Origin: Octopus sinensis
Lineage: Eukaryota
Reading direction: 5' to 3'
DNA length: 64,000 bases
NCBI RefSeq assembly: GCF_006345805.1
Contig: NC_042998.1
Coordinates: 4,340,001-4,404,000, forward strand
Shown: positions 37,114-49,522 of the stretch, piece by piece
How the letters are laid out: each line of letters opens with the position of its first letter
Position numbering within the stretch: position 1 is the stretch's first letter
Program-made: the position numbers and the translations under genes
The notes under the pieces: generated by a model
The model's database searches: none
What the model was told of the DNA's origin: nothing
The model's input: the letters and a program-made list of their open reading frames with translations, nothing else

Positions 37114-38399
37114 AGGTGCAAAACCAAGTTTTTAGTTTAATAATTCTTTTATTTTCATTTTTTTTGCGATAAATCTATCCAGAACTAACATCCCTTGACT
37201 GCCTGTTTCCTTCAAATGAATTAAAAAAATTTCCCTCCTTCTTGTATGACATAACTCCACATAAAGCTGGCCGTGACAAAATGTGGGTGCTGGCCAGTAA
37301 ATACCAAATACTCAGAGTTGAAACCCTGCTTGATTTTTTTTTCCACACTTCCTTCCTTATTCATCTATCACTCCTTCCTTTCTCAGTGATTTGTTGCGAC
37401 GGAGAAAAATACACGACTATTATTATATTAGATGTCTATATTTATAACAACCTGACTGTGCTGCGCGCGAGATACGGATATGATTTTCACCTCGTACTGA
37501 TGATGTCCAAAATTCCATCAGACCCTACTCTGGACAAATGCATTCTGCATCATTCTTGGATCACGCCAACTCCATAAGTGCAAATGATTATAAGAAATAT
37601 CTTTCGAAGCTTATCTTGATGAACTGAGACTAATTAGAGGAGTCAGTTATGCCAAATACTTCATGTACCTAGCGGTTATAAGCCTTATGGAATATTCAGT
37701 GATACTCTAAAATAATATTTCTTAGATTTATTGTCAATCCATATATAACTAGAGGATTATTTGTAAATCTACCCTATAATCTTGAAATGTAAGTGCCAAC
37801 TCTTAGAACAGACCGTGTGTGCTACTTTTTAATTATTTTGTAGTTAATAAAGTTTTATGCCAGATTTTAAGGAAACGAAGCCCTTTATTTCACTGACTAT
37901 TTAACGATCTCTTAATTGAATCATCTGGACGATTGTTAAACTAGTTCGATACCCATCGCCTTGCCGATGGTAAAAAAGAAGCGAAATCTTAAATTAAAAT
38001 TTTCCATTTTAAACGTTACATGTAATATAAAATATTCTCAGAATTATTAATTAGAAACTTATTCCTTTTAGCTCTGTTTTCATTTTCAGAAAGTTAGACA
38101 TTACATTAGGTGCTTTTTTAATTTGCTAAGTTACTGAAATCTCTTTCCTTATTCGGTGAAGGCTTAAATAAATAGATTTCATTACATAGTTTGCCTAAAA
38201 GCGTTTATTTTTAGATTTAATTTTTAATATTCTAGAAACTTAGTTTATACATTCTATGATATTCACATTTATTTATATGACTCACTGTAAACAATGTTGT
38301 TAGCAAGTCGTTGTTGAGGCAACTGTAAACTTTAATATTATATTAGGTACAAAAAACATCGTTGAACTCTTCAGATTACTAGCCGAATCTGCTGGAAAC

Positions 38400-40330
38400 C
38401 TTCGCTGACGAATTATGGTTTCCCTCCAAAAAAATTGCTTATTGTTCATTACTCAAAGTTTCGGCAAGATGAAGGTGGTATATAAAGGCCACATCCCTAA
38501 GTAAGAATTGAGCATCGAACAGAAAGCTTTCAGTTGAATAATGAAGATATATTTGACTGGTGGATGTAGATTTTACTGGAATGGGAAATTTGAAGCAATC
38601 ATGGGCACAACGTGTCAGTTGTGCCCACATAGGCAAATAACGTTTCCACACAAAGGTAGATTAGAAATCTTACTGACATTGCTATTTCAGTTTGAAACTC
38701 TTGCACTTATATCAACATTCCTGTTATTTCTTCACAATCTGCATTGCTGAAAAATGTAACAAATAATGTTGTTTTTCCAAATTACTTATGTTAGCTACTG
38801 CATCTTGGTAATAATTGCCAAACATCTTGTACTCCATGTAAATGTATTTGGGAGACCGTATCGTCTAACACTCGTGTCAGAAGTGCCTGCAGGGAATGTA
38901 TGTAATGTATCAGGTCATTGTAGTTACCTGTATGCAAGGTCTGTAATTTGCTTCGTCTACACAGTAATGTTGAAATAGACGTGGTCCGTGATGCAAGATA
39001 GTTAAATTAGCTTTCTGTGGTATTCGAGAAGAATAAAATGATGAGATACTAATTTTCTATTGCCTGTTTTGTTTAGGATTTATTTCAAGAATCCATCCAT
39101 CAGGAAAAACATGGATATATCATGAGCCTTCTAAATATTTGAAGAATTTGATGATTGTTTGCTGATCAGAACTTGCTTACCGACGTTCTACAATCTGATG
39201 AGATTCCTCGTCGTTCTCAAGCCTTGATACACTGACCTTATTGTAGGTACCTCCTGGCGTTTTCACCTTCTGAACTGTTGTCTGCATATGATTCAGCAGA
39301 AATATTTGTTTTCTGTTATGCTAACACAATATTCTCCTTCTTGGATAGGAACGATTGCAAATAAGTGTTGGTGGCTGCATCATCAGCAGCGACACTGAAA
39401 ATGCTGCGGAATATGTTCTTCAGTGTCATGAAATTACGTTTGTAGATAGGAAGACGCTTCAGCAACAACACTTGGTGGTACAAAAATATCCATAAAACAA
39501 CTCCGCGAATTCCGTAAATAGCAATGTATGGAGCTATCTTTTCTTTCATGCTTCAACGGCCTTTTGAAATTCCGAAAGATTTTCTGAAATATTTTAGTTC
39601 TAATTAATCAAGCATAGAGAAGGTACGTAGGTAATCAAGTAACACTGGTATATTTAGAATACTGATTGAACTAAATGTACAGCAAATACCAAAATTAGTA
39701 TAGACTAGCGCTTCTCCAGTGCGACATCCCATAAACATTAATGTGTTAGAGACACGGCATCTCAAGTTCTTTAAGGTCACCCCGATAGTTATTTTTCTGT
39801 TAAACTGTCTCTGTCAAATTTGAAGCTTAATTTTACTCTGAGCCATTAATTATAGTCGTTCTTGAGAAAGTGACTGATTTGCTACATACTGCTGCTCAGC
39901 ATCTGGTTCTTTAATGTACCCGTGTTGCTCTTGAAAACCTTGCTGTGCTGTATTATACTGTTTAGTATTTAGCGTTAATACACGTCCTCGCTGCTTTTGA
40001 GCAAGTTATACCTTTCTTTTTAATTGTTCAGTATCTTTTGTAAAAATGCTCTTGAGAAAGCTGTTCACTCGTTTGTACATATGTCACCGCATCATTTCTT
40101 AAAATGATTGCTATTTATGAAAAAATAGCCCTTGTATCTGTTTAGACAACATACTTGATCGCTGCTCTTGAGAAGGCTGTTTCTTGTTCTTGCGTTCTGG
40201 GAGTAACGTTTATTTCTATTTGATTTTTCTTTTCTTCTCCATTCTTGCTCTGTTTCCTAATTAGTTGGTATATTCTTGATGCTTCCTGCGAGACAGTCGG
40301 CTTTACTAATTCATTATTGGTCATTTGTTG
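38400..40330 (-). mobile_element. Probable highly decayed RTE-like LINE
   Basis: Fragmentary resemblance only (ESYAD, IYP, LFQHY..); no intact motif. Confidence 0.3.
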
Positions 40331-40949
40331 AATAAAATATGTCTGTTCAAAGTGAAATTGTAATAGAAAATAATTGAAACATTATGGAATTTCAGTAAAT
40401 TCCTGTTATGCACAGGTGGCACGTAGCATTGATAGTTCTTCTTTTCTATTTCATAGAAGGCAAATTAGTGTTTTAAAAATTTTGATTTTCTACAAATATT
40501 TAATTTAACAAGCTAAATATTGACTGGTAACTTGAGTGCCAATGTCTGCTTTTTCGAGCATCACCTTTTCTCTCGATTAAAAGAATAAATTGCATGAAAT
40601 GATTTTGATTTGAATTTGTAATTGGCAGAGAGATGGACAGGCTAAACAACACGGCTCTAGTAATAATATACGTCATTGTGTACAAGAAACGATCGGTGGT
40701 GAATTGGCGTCGTGTTCCTATAGCACACTATGTTATAGAATCATTGTTCATTTACATGAAAGTATGGGTATGTGAATGTGTGAATATATATGCATATTGC
40801 GTTGAAACAAACCCTCCCTCAGTTATCATGATGAGTGTTCCAGTTGGTCCTATCAACGGAACACCTGCTCGTGAAATTACTAGGACGAATGCAAGCTCTA
40901 TGACTCGACTCTCCTCAAATGCCTCCACGGTGAAATATACACTAAGATA

Positions 40950-41170
40950 TACTAAGAGGTGCTGAAAAGTTCCTGGCTTTAAGGGTATCGTGAACGCCTG
41001 GCTGGAGGCCCAACCTTCAGAGTCCTTTCACTGGGCTGAGGAAACCTGAAAGGCTGCTGCAATAAATGTGTGAATCTGAGAGGGGAATAATTTGAATAGA
41101 ATCATAATTAACTGATCCTCCTGGATTTTCTTTTACACAAGTCCAGGAACTTTTAAGCATCCCCTCGTAC
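40950..41170 (+). mobile_element. Mariner-derived MITE
   Basis: TIRs GGTGCTGAAAAGTTCCTGG / CCAGGAACTTTTAAGCATCC; TA at ends; retains transposase C-terminal remnant WLEAQPSE..NKCVNLRGE. Confidence 0.85.
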
Positions 41171-41691
41171 ACATGGAAGATCGTGGTAGGTTATGTTCCA
41201 AACTTCAGCATTAGAGGGAACTGTGAGTCGGCTTCCAAACATACCACCTTCAAAATCACGTAGAAAACGCTCTATTGTATAAGTCTCATATTTAGAGACA
41301 CCCATTTGTTCAGCCGCCGATCTAAACAAGTCAGAAATATAAAAGGGAACCTTATGGAAACATTGCATACATTTCTAAAGATGATACTGGACAAGCCAAA
41401 CATTCAAGGTTACACTCAAGGAAAATGAGCTGCTACAAACTCAAACTTCCGGTCATAAAGCTGCAGCAAATCTTAATATAAAGAAAATAAATTTTGTCAG
41501 TGCTCAGTATTCTGTGTATATGTGTTTATGCGTGTATATGTAAAGCGGTTCTTAATTTGTTTATAATAATAATCAGACATATTTTATGTATACAAAATTA
41601 ATTGTATTTTGAAATACAAACATTTCCATACAAAAAGTTATTGTGCAAGAATTAATTTGCGAATCCAATTGTTTTCAATATCTTTTTTTCT

Positions 41692-41744
<53 letters not shown>

Positions 41745-41893
41745 ATATACGAAAGAAGGTTTGAAAATGCAATTTAAAAGATGTTTATTTACTTTACCGG
41801 TTTCACGGTTTTGAAAAAGATTGTCAAAAGTAACATGTAGAAGTTTGGTTGCGTTAATTAATTAATTAATTTGGTTGCGTATATATATATATA

Positions 41894-42090
41894 CATACAA
41901 GGTGTTACTGGAAAGTTCCTATCTTTAAGTATATCGTGAAAGGCCTGCTTGAAGATCCAGACTTCCGAGTTCTTTTACAGAGCTTAGAAAGACTGAAGGA
42001 ACGCTGCAATAAGAGGGGGATATGCTGAATAAAATCATAGTTGACTGATTCTCTTATATAATTTTTTACCCAATTACTAAACCTCCTATA
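41894..42090 (+). mobile_element. Second, more diverged copy of the mariner MITE
   Basis: GAAAGTTCCTATCTTTAAGTATATCGTGAAAGGCCTG..GCTGCAATAAG matches 40950-41170. Confidence 0.7.
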
Positions 42091-42844
42091 CCCTTGGGAA
42101 ATCTCTTTAAACCATAGAACGGACCTCGATATATTGGTAATTAAGTAGTAACTTCATACTCCCCAAATCTCTGGAACTTTCGAAATGGAACCCCACTACG
42201 GGAGGCAGAGTACATAGATATGATTAAGTTTCCCACAAAAATGCATGCAATAATTTTGCAAAGGTAGAATTATTTGATATTTTCTAGTGGTTGATTCATT
42301 AGATTTGTGTTAAGAATCTCAATGAGAAAAATCCGTATTAATTATATATCAAAAACTCTCTTGTATTTGAAAACCCTTCTAGATAAACTCTACAATTTAT
42401 ATAGCATTCAAGAATTATGTCTTTAAAATATTAATATCCCTTAATCGCTATAGTACAAATAGAATAGTTTGCTAACTGATGTTTATGTAAACATAGAACA
42501 TGCGCATAATAATAATTATTGTTACAGATAATAATTATTATTACCAGGCCAAAAGTTGGAGAGAGCTTAGTCGATTAAATAAATCCAACAATCGAGTAAT
42601 AAGTTATTTTATCGATCCCGAAGATGAACGCTAGAAGTTAATGATAGATATATGATAGCAAGTTTTAAAACGTTAGCCAATTTGTGTATAGTGAAGTGAA
42701 TTTTGTAGTGGTTGGACTTATTTGGCTTTTTTCCAGCATATAGGCGCAGTGGCTTTTGTGCCCTTAATTTTAATTATATTCCATATAATTGTATATCTAT
42801 ATATGAATTTTACCTAAAATATTTTTTTATTTGCTGACCACTGT

Positions 42845-43045
<201 letters not shown>

Positions 43046-43255
43046 TTATATATATTCATATTCTTTTACTTGTTTCAGTCATTTTGACTGTGACCATGCT
43101 GGAGCACCGCCTCTAGTCGAACAAATCGACCCCGGGATTTATTCTTTTTAAGTATATCGGTCTTTTTAGCGGAAGCGCTAAGTTACAGGGACGTAAACAC
43201 ACCAACGTCGGTTGTCAAGTGATGGTGGGTGTCACACACAGACATGCACAATATA

Positions 43256-43288
<33 letters not shown>

Positions 43289-43294
<6 letters not shown>

Positions 43295-45340
43295 TATTCG
43301 AGACAAAACCACTATTTTGCAAAACAAACAAGGAAAGACTTAATCAATACATAAAATTTTAATAAATAGTCAAAAAAACCGCCACTACAATCATTTCTTG
43401 TCTTGATCGACAATCTTCAGGTGGACTTCCAATCTAAAAAATCAATATTTTAAAATATAAAAATAGTAATTTTAAAATAATTAAAGTATGAATGAAAAAT
43501 ATAAGTATATAATCCATATATAACCTATCTATAATCCATATATAATCATATATAAACAATATATAAACTAAAAAAACCTATCAACAATTAAATATAAAAT
43601 ATAAAATATAATATATAAAATATAAAATATAAAATATAAAACAAAACAAAAAAAATAATAATAATATAATAATAAACTATATATACACCCATACGCATAT
43701 ACCTAATTATATAACCATATCTAACTACATACACTAAATCACACACCTATATATATATCCCTATACATACACATAAAAATGTCTAGGCAACTATAAATAA
43801 ATAAAATAGCTAAATACTTCAACACAATACTTATTCATCCTCCCACACACACACACATACAACCCACATTCACGCTCTAGAAAACGGACATCACTCAAAA
43901 CTATGAACGGAGAAATGGAATAAATGGAATTAAAAATTATATTCACTTGGTAAAACGAACACTACTTAAAAATTATGAATGAAACAATGCAATAAAACAA
44001 CAGACATCGCAAATAGACACAAATAACTACAAATTCCTTATCAAACCTACCATGATTACCAAAACTCATAAAAACATATAATGATAAAATCTCCCTTTAC
44101 TAAACTCTATAACAAACCTATATAGCAATCCCCCTAACCTAAACATTCACACACACAATACACACACGTAAACCACACACCCACGACATATACAAATACC
44201 CACACCACTTACACATACCAATACATACATATAAACCTCAACATATACTCCAAAAACCCACCCTCAACCCCACACAGACATAAACACAAAAATTATGAAT
44301 GGATTCTTTTATAAAACTACCATGATAAGCTAAAACTCACAAAACAGAAATGATAAAACCTCCCTTTACTAAACACTAAAACATACTTATATAGCAATTC
44401 CTTTAACCTATACATTCACACACAAAACCACTCGTAAACCACACACCCATAACAAATACAAACTCCCACCCCACTCACACACACCCACAAGTACATATAA
44501 GCCTCAACATATACACCAAACAAAATTACTTTACCAAGGAACTTAACATATATATAAAAAGTATAACCGCTCTGGAAACGAACATCTCTAAATTAATGAA
44601 TGGAGAAATGGAATAAATGGAATTAAAAATAAAATTCACGTGGCAAAACGAACACCACTCAAAAATTATGAATGAAACATATATAAAAAAAACCAACATC
44701 GAAAATAGACAAATTACTACGAATTCCCTAAAAAAAACCATGATAAACCAAAACTCTTAAAAAACATATAACGATAAAATCTCCCTTTGCTAAACTCTAT
44801 AACAAACCTATATAGTAATCCCCCTAACCTAAACATTCACACACAAACACACACGTAAATCACAGACCCACGACTTATACACATACCTAAACTAACTTAT
44901 AAACCTCCATATACACCAAAACCCACTCCCTCCCACACAGACAAATTAACTCATACATCCCAAAACCTAAATAACAAACCCATATACACATTCACACACA
45001 AACACACACACACGCAAAACACACACACACAACAGATACATATACTCCCTCACATATACGCATATACATACTCACTAAACTCAATATATACAACAATATT
45101 TACACACCCACACTCATACAGATAAATAAATTATACAACTAAAAACTCGCACACAATCTCATATACATAAACACTCCTATGAAAACAACATTAAATACAT
45201 CGTAATTAACCAGAATATCAAAAATAACAATATGACATAAAGGTAAATAAAATACATACTTACAATTCAGTGTCAAATTATGAAGTGAAATTAAATTCTT
45301 AGCCGTTAAAAAATCAAACCAAAATTACGTTACCAATATG

Positions 45341-45347
<7 letters not shown>
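43289..45347 (-). mobile_element. ~2.06-kb hammerhead-bearing non-autonomous element (Penelope-like/retrozyme-like) with internal tandem repeats
   Basis: (TA)n at both ends; strongly G-poor plus strand; three imperfect internal repeats; hammerhead near its 3' end; no intact ORF. Confidence 0.65.
43382..43424 (-). ncRNA. Minimal type-I hammerhead ribozyme
   Basis: ccac CUGAAGA uuguc-gaucaa-gacaa GAAA u gauu GUA gugg: intact core, stem I 4 bp, stem II 5 bp. Confidence 0.8.
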
Positions 45348-45374
<27 letters not shown>

Positions 45375-46590
45375 GACGGTCTTCTTTCAGTTTCCGTCTA
45401 CCAAATCCACTCGCAAGGCTTTGGCTGGCACGAGGCTATAGTAGAAGACACTTGCCCAAAGTGTCAACTTGATATTGTTTGTTACAAACAGATGACGCAA
45501 TCGCTTCTCATACATTTGCGTCACTCAATGCTTCCTTGTTTGAAAGAAAATCTTGTTCCATAAGGTGTGCGGATACACTCTTCTTTTTTGTAAATGCTCA
45601 ATTATCTTGGATAATTGTTTGAAAAAAAATATAGAGATTACTTGTTGTCAAAAGAGAGAATGATAACTTGGTAGGACATGTTTGCAATGTAGGTCATTAA
45701 TATAAATTCTAGTTATCTTAAAAACATGTTGAAGATAGTTGTTACGTAAACACCATATATTTTGAATATTATCAATGTCAAAATGTTCACTTTTCTCAAT
45801 CAAATAATATAATCCTTTGAGAATATCATTTTGTCTCAACTATTACAACGTATTCTCACCAGCAATTCTTTTTATTATACATATCTTGGTTTTTAAAAAT
45901 AGGTTTCTCATCAGCAAATATTTTTGCATTTCCCTTTAGTGAGTATCTTATCTGTTTCTATGTTGTGACTATGTACCACGCTACAGAAATTTTTGCCGGT
46001 TGTTTTCGAATGCGTGATTTTGAAAGAAATCTTTTTCTCTAATGCTCTGGCATTTTAATCTACTGAAGCAGATATTTTTCTTTCAATCATTCGTGTACTT
46101 TCCACTGTTTGTTCTTTCTACATTTTACATTTTTCTTCACATTTTCGTGGTTCAGTTTTCTAAGGGTGTTATGTATTGTCATCTGACTAATTTTCTATTT
46201 TATGTTCGTCACTTTCACCGATGTAAGGAAATATTTATATATATCTTTTAAAATTTAAGTTCACATATTTCTCTTGTGAGTATGCAAACATGTTTCTAAT
46301 ATTTAAACCAGGTTATACAGCAGCATATCAAAATGTTGTAATATGTTATCTGTCTTTGTATTTTACTGACAACATACCTTACTAATGGTTGTTATTTAAA
46401 AGCATGGATTTTAACAGAAAACGTATAATTCTTAGATTTAAAAAATTAGCACTCCTTCAGTGATTCTACAACCAGATTATATGTGCATAGTAAAGACTTT
46501 ATACTAGCGCTACGGACTGTTCCTGGATACCAGTCGAAGAGCACGAGCCAGGTCTGCTAATAATACCGAAAAAATATTATCATTATTATT

Positions 46591-47132
46591 GAGTGAAAGA
46601 GTAGTGCATTCCATCGAAATGTTACTGGGGTACAAATATACGAAGCCCAATATACACATCATAACTACTCGTCATGACAACCAGGTGTGTCTGATACATC
46701 ACACACACACATGCATCACAACCATATATATGCAGCATGGGAATCTCAACGTAAAGAGAACAATGCATAGCAGGTAGGGCTCAGTTAGAATTGTCTTCAG
46801 GTCAAGTAACCCATCCTGCTCAAATGGTCCTTGAATAAGGGTTGTTTAAGGATATTGAGTGAAACACTGATGTTTCGTGAGTACAATTATTCAGACTCCA
46901 GAGAATTCCTCTCAACACATAGCTATGATGCTGCCCCACTACTTCTGCTCGTAGTCAGAGATGCACATATCATCCTCGATGAGAAATATGTTCAACACCT
47001 TAAGGTCAAGCAACTGACAAGCAAATCTTTGGTATTGAGCAGAGTATTTGCTGTAGCCTATCATTTACACCAAGACAAAACATGTAAATGATAACACTAC
47101 GGATTAGTTAATATCAAAACCCATGGGAGCCA
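46591..47132 (-). mobile_element. ~555-bp (TAA)-associated element, diverged
   Basis: Collinear with 25966-26521. Confidence 0.85.
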
Positions 47133-47220
47133 TTATCTCGTATTACACATCATCATCATTATCATCATCATCGTTGTTGTTGTTGTTGTTCTTCTTCTTC
47201 TTCTTCTTCTTCTTCTTATT

Positions 47221-47693
47221 GAGTGAGAGAACAACGCTTGCCATCAAAGTGACACGGGTAAAATATAGGAAACCCAATATACCCATCATGACTACACGTC
47301 TAATAAGAGTACAGCAGGCACATTCATCACAACAATTTGCGCACGATATGGTAATTTCATATCAAGATATATAGAAAATGACCTTGCTGGTGGGGCCCAG
47401 TTACGATATTTTCAGGTTGAGAAGCCTCGCTCAAAAGGTACCTGAATAAGGTTTGTTTAAAGATGATGAACAAAACGCCCATGTTTCCAGAGGTAAATTA
47501 TTCAAACCCCAAAGAATTCCTCTCAAACACATGGCTCATACTCCCCCACTACTTCTCCTCGCGATCAGAAATGCACATATCATCATCCACCAAGGGACAT
47601 GCTCAACTGGTTAAGGTAAAACAACTGACAAGAAAATCTGTGGAATAGAGCAGAATATTTGCTGTAGCCCATCACTTATACTAAGACAAAAAA

Positions 47694-47695
<2 letters not shown>
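47221..47695 (-). mobile_element. ~555-bp (TAA)-associated element, 5'-truncated
   Basis: Collinear with 25966-26521; microsatellites on both sides. Confidence 0.85.
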
Positions 47696-47764
<69 letters not shown>

Positions 47765-47766
<2 letters not shown>

Positions 47767-49026
47767 TGCTTTGCATTTGTACAAGTTGGCTCCAAGTCTC
47801 ACCCAGAGACCTCAAGAGACAAGTTAGAAGGTCATGTTGGCGTTATGCCTAGGATGCCATATATTTGATGTTGCACATAGTGTTGTTCTAGAGAATGTTT
47901 AAGAAACCATAAGAAAATTATGTTTGTTTTAAAACTTGAGATTACATAGAAAGTATTTTGCGTAGGACATGGGCAGTTCCCATGGGCACTATCTTTTGAA
48001 TTTCTGCCATTTTGGGGGTTTCCTAATATCTGAGCTAGGTAACAACCAGCCCCTTTTGCTATCATTCCCAGGGCACATATGACAACAGGTATTGTTTTAG
48101 TCTTTAGGTTCTAAATTTTGCTGATTTCTATTTCAAGATCTTTATATTTGCTCGGTTTTTGGTAGGTCTTGACAGATACGTTTATATCGATTGGGACACG
48201 TTATTGAGTGAGAGAGCAGTGCATGCCATCGTGTGACACTGGGGTAAAATATACGAAGCCCAGTATACCCATCATGACTACCCGTCTGATAAGGGTACAC
48301 CAGGCACATGCATCACAAACATATGTGCGCGATATGGTGATCTCATATAAACAGCGCATCCCGCTCAAAAGATCCCTGAATAAGGATTGTTTAAGGATGT
48401 TGAATGAACCATCCATGTTTCCAGAGGTGAATTATCCACCCCTCCAAGAATATCTTTCAACACACGACTGTGATGCTTCCCCACTACTTCTGATTGTGAT
48501 CAGAGATGCACATATCGTCAGTCACCAAGTGACTTGCTCAACTGGTTAAGGTCAAACAACTGACAAGCAAATCTTTGGTATTGTGCAAAATATTTGCTGT
48601 AGCCCATCTTTTGTACCAAGACAAAACAATGTACATGATAACACATCCAATCAGTTAAGAGAGTTAGGTCTTGACAGATACGTTTATATCGATTGGGACA
48701 GTCATATCAATGAGGAGGCATGTTCTTTGTATGATGTCTGGCCTATTTGCATCTATCTTTCTGTCAGTTTGAATGGGGAAGTTCCAGAGGAGTGAGATGT
48801 TGTCATTTTCAAGGACTGAAGTTGGCTTGTGTTCCCACCAGTTTTTTTCATGGGGCAAATCCAGGTTTTTTGCAGATTACGCAGTGAATATATTGTGTAG
48901 CTCTATCATGCCTGTTGAGATACTCTGTAGGCGCTAGAAGACTGCACTTGGAGACAACATGATCATTTTGTTATTGACATACACGACATATTGGGCTACT
49001 GCCGTTCATTAATATGTTGGCCTGGT
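47765..49026 (-). mobile_element. R4/Dong family C 3' portion interrupted by a 555-bp-family element
   Basis: HINERQ..VSNRHDR..WWEHKP..LLWNFPIQTDRKIDANRPDI..CLLIDMTVPID..SKYKDLEIEI..MGTAHVLRKIL; own 3'UTR and (AAT)n tail. Confidence 0.85.
48199..48664 (-). mobile_element. 555-bp-family element with 36-bp flanking duplication
   Basis: TAGGTCTTGACAGATACGTTTATATCGATTGGGACA at 48163-48198 and 48665-48700. Confidence 0.88.
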
Positions 49027-49094
49027 ATTATTATTATGATTATTATCATTATTATTATTATCATTATTATTGTTATTATTATTATTATTATTAA

Positions 49095-49160
<66 letters not shown>

Positions 49161-49202
49161 CATTATTATTATTATTATTATTATTGTTATTATTATTATC
49201 AT

Positions 49203-49457
49203 TTTTTTCTTCTTCTTTCAAATTTGCTTCCATTTCTTGCCGAGTGTCTTCCCGACTCCTAGGGCAAAGAAACTCATAGTATACATTGGTAGGCCATTAA
49301 ACCAAACTCAATAGTTCGTTCATTTTTTCTTTAAGTTAAATTAAAATACATGAGCAGCAACAGTTCTCACATCGACAATGCTCTTCTCAATACGTGTGAT
49401 GTACCAGTTAAGACAATCTTTTGCACTTCTTGCAGGGATGGTAAGCCAGGGATCTAT
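49203..49457 (-). mobile_element. R4/Dong family B-like 3' fragment
   Basis: IPGLPSLQEVQKIVLTGTSHVLRRALSM*; 3'UTR like 3480-3600 and 32940-33045. Confidence 0.85.
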
Positions 49458-49522
49458 TATTATTATTATTATTATTATCATTATTATTATTATCATTATT
49501 ATTGTTATTATTATTATTATTA

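Larger units (their letters stand above)
43061..45465 (-). mobile_element. CORE-like SINE split into 43061-43250 and 45372-45465 by a ~2-kb insertion in its internal (TA)n
   Basis: The two halves are contiguous in the intact copy at 11684-12047. Confidence 0.8.

Noticed and set aside
40633-40965. 110-aa plus-strand ORF and overlapping minus-strand frame (VYFTVEAFEE..)
   Set aside because: No recognisable motif, weak splice signals, and the ORF ends inside a mariner TIR.
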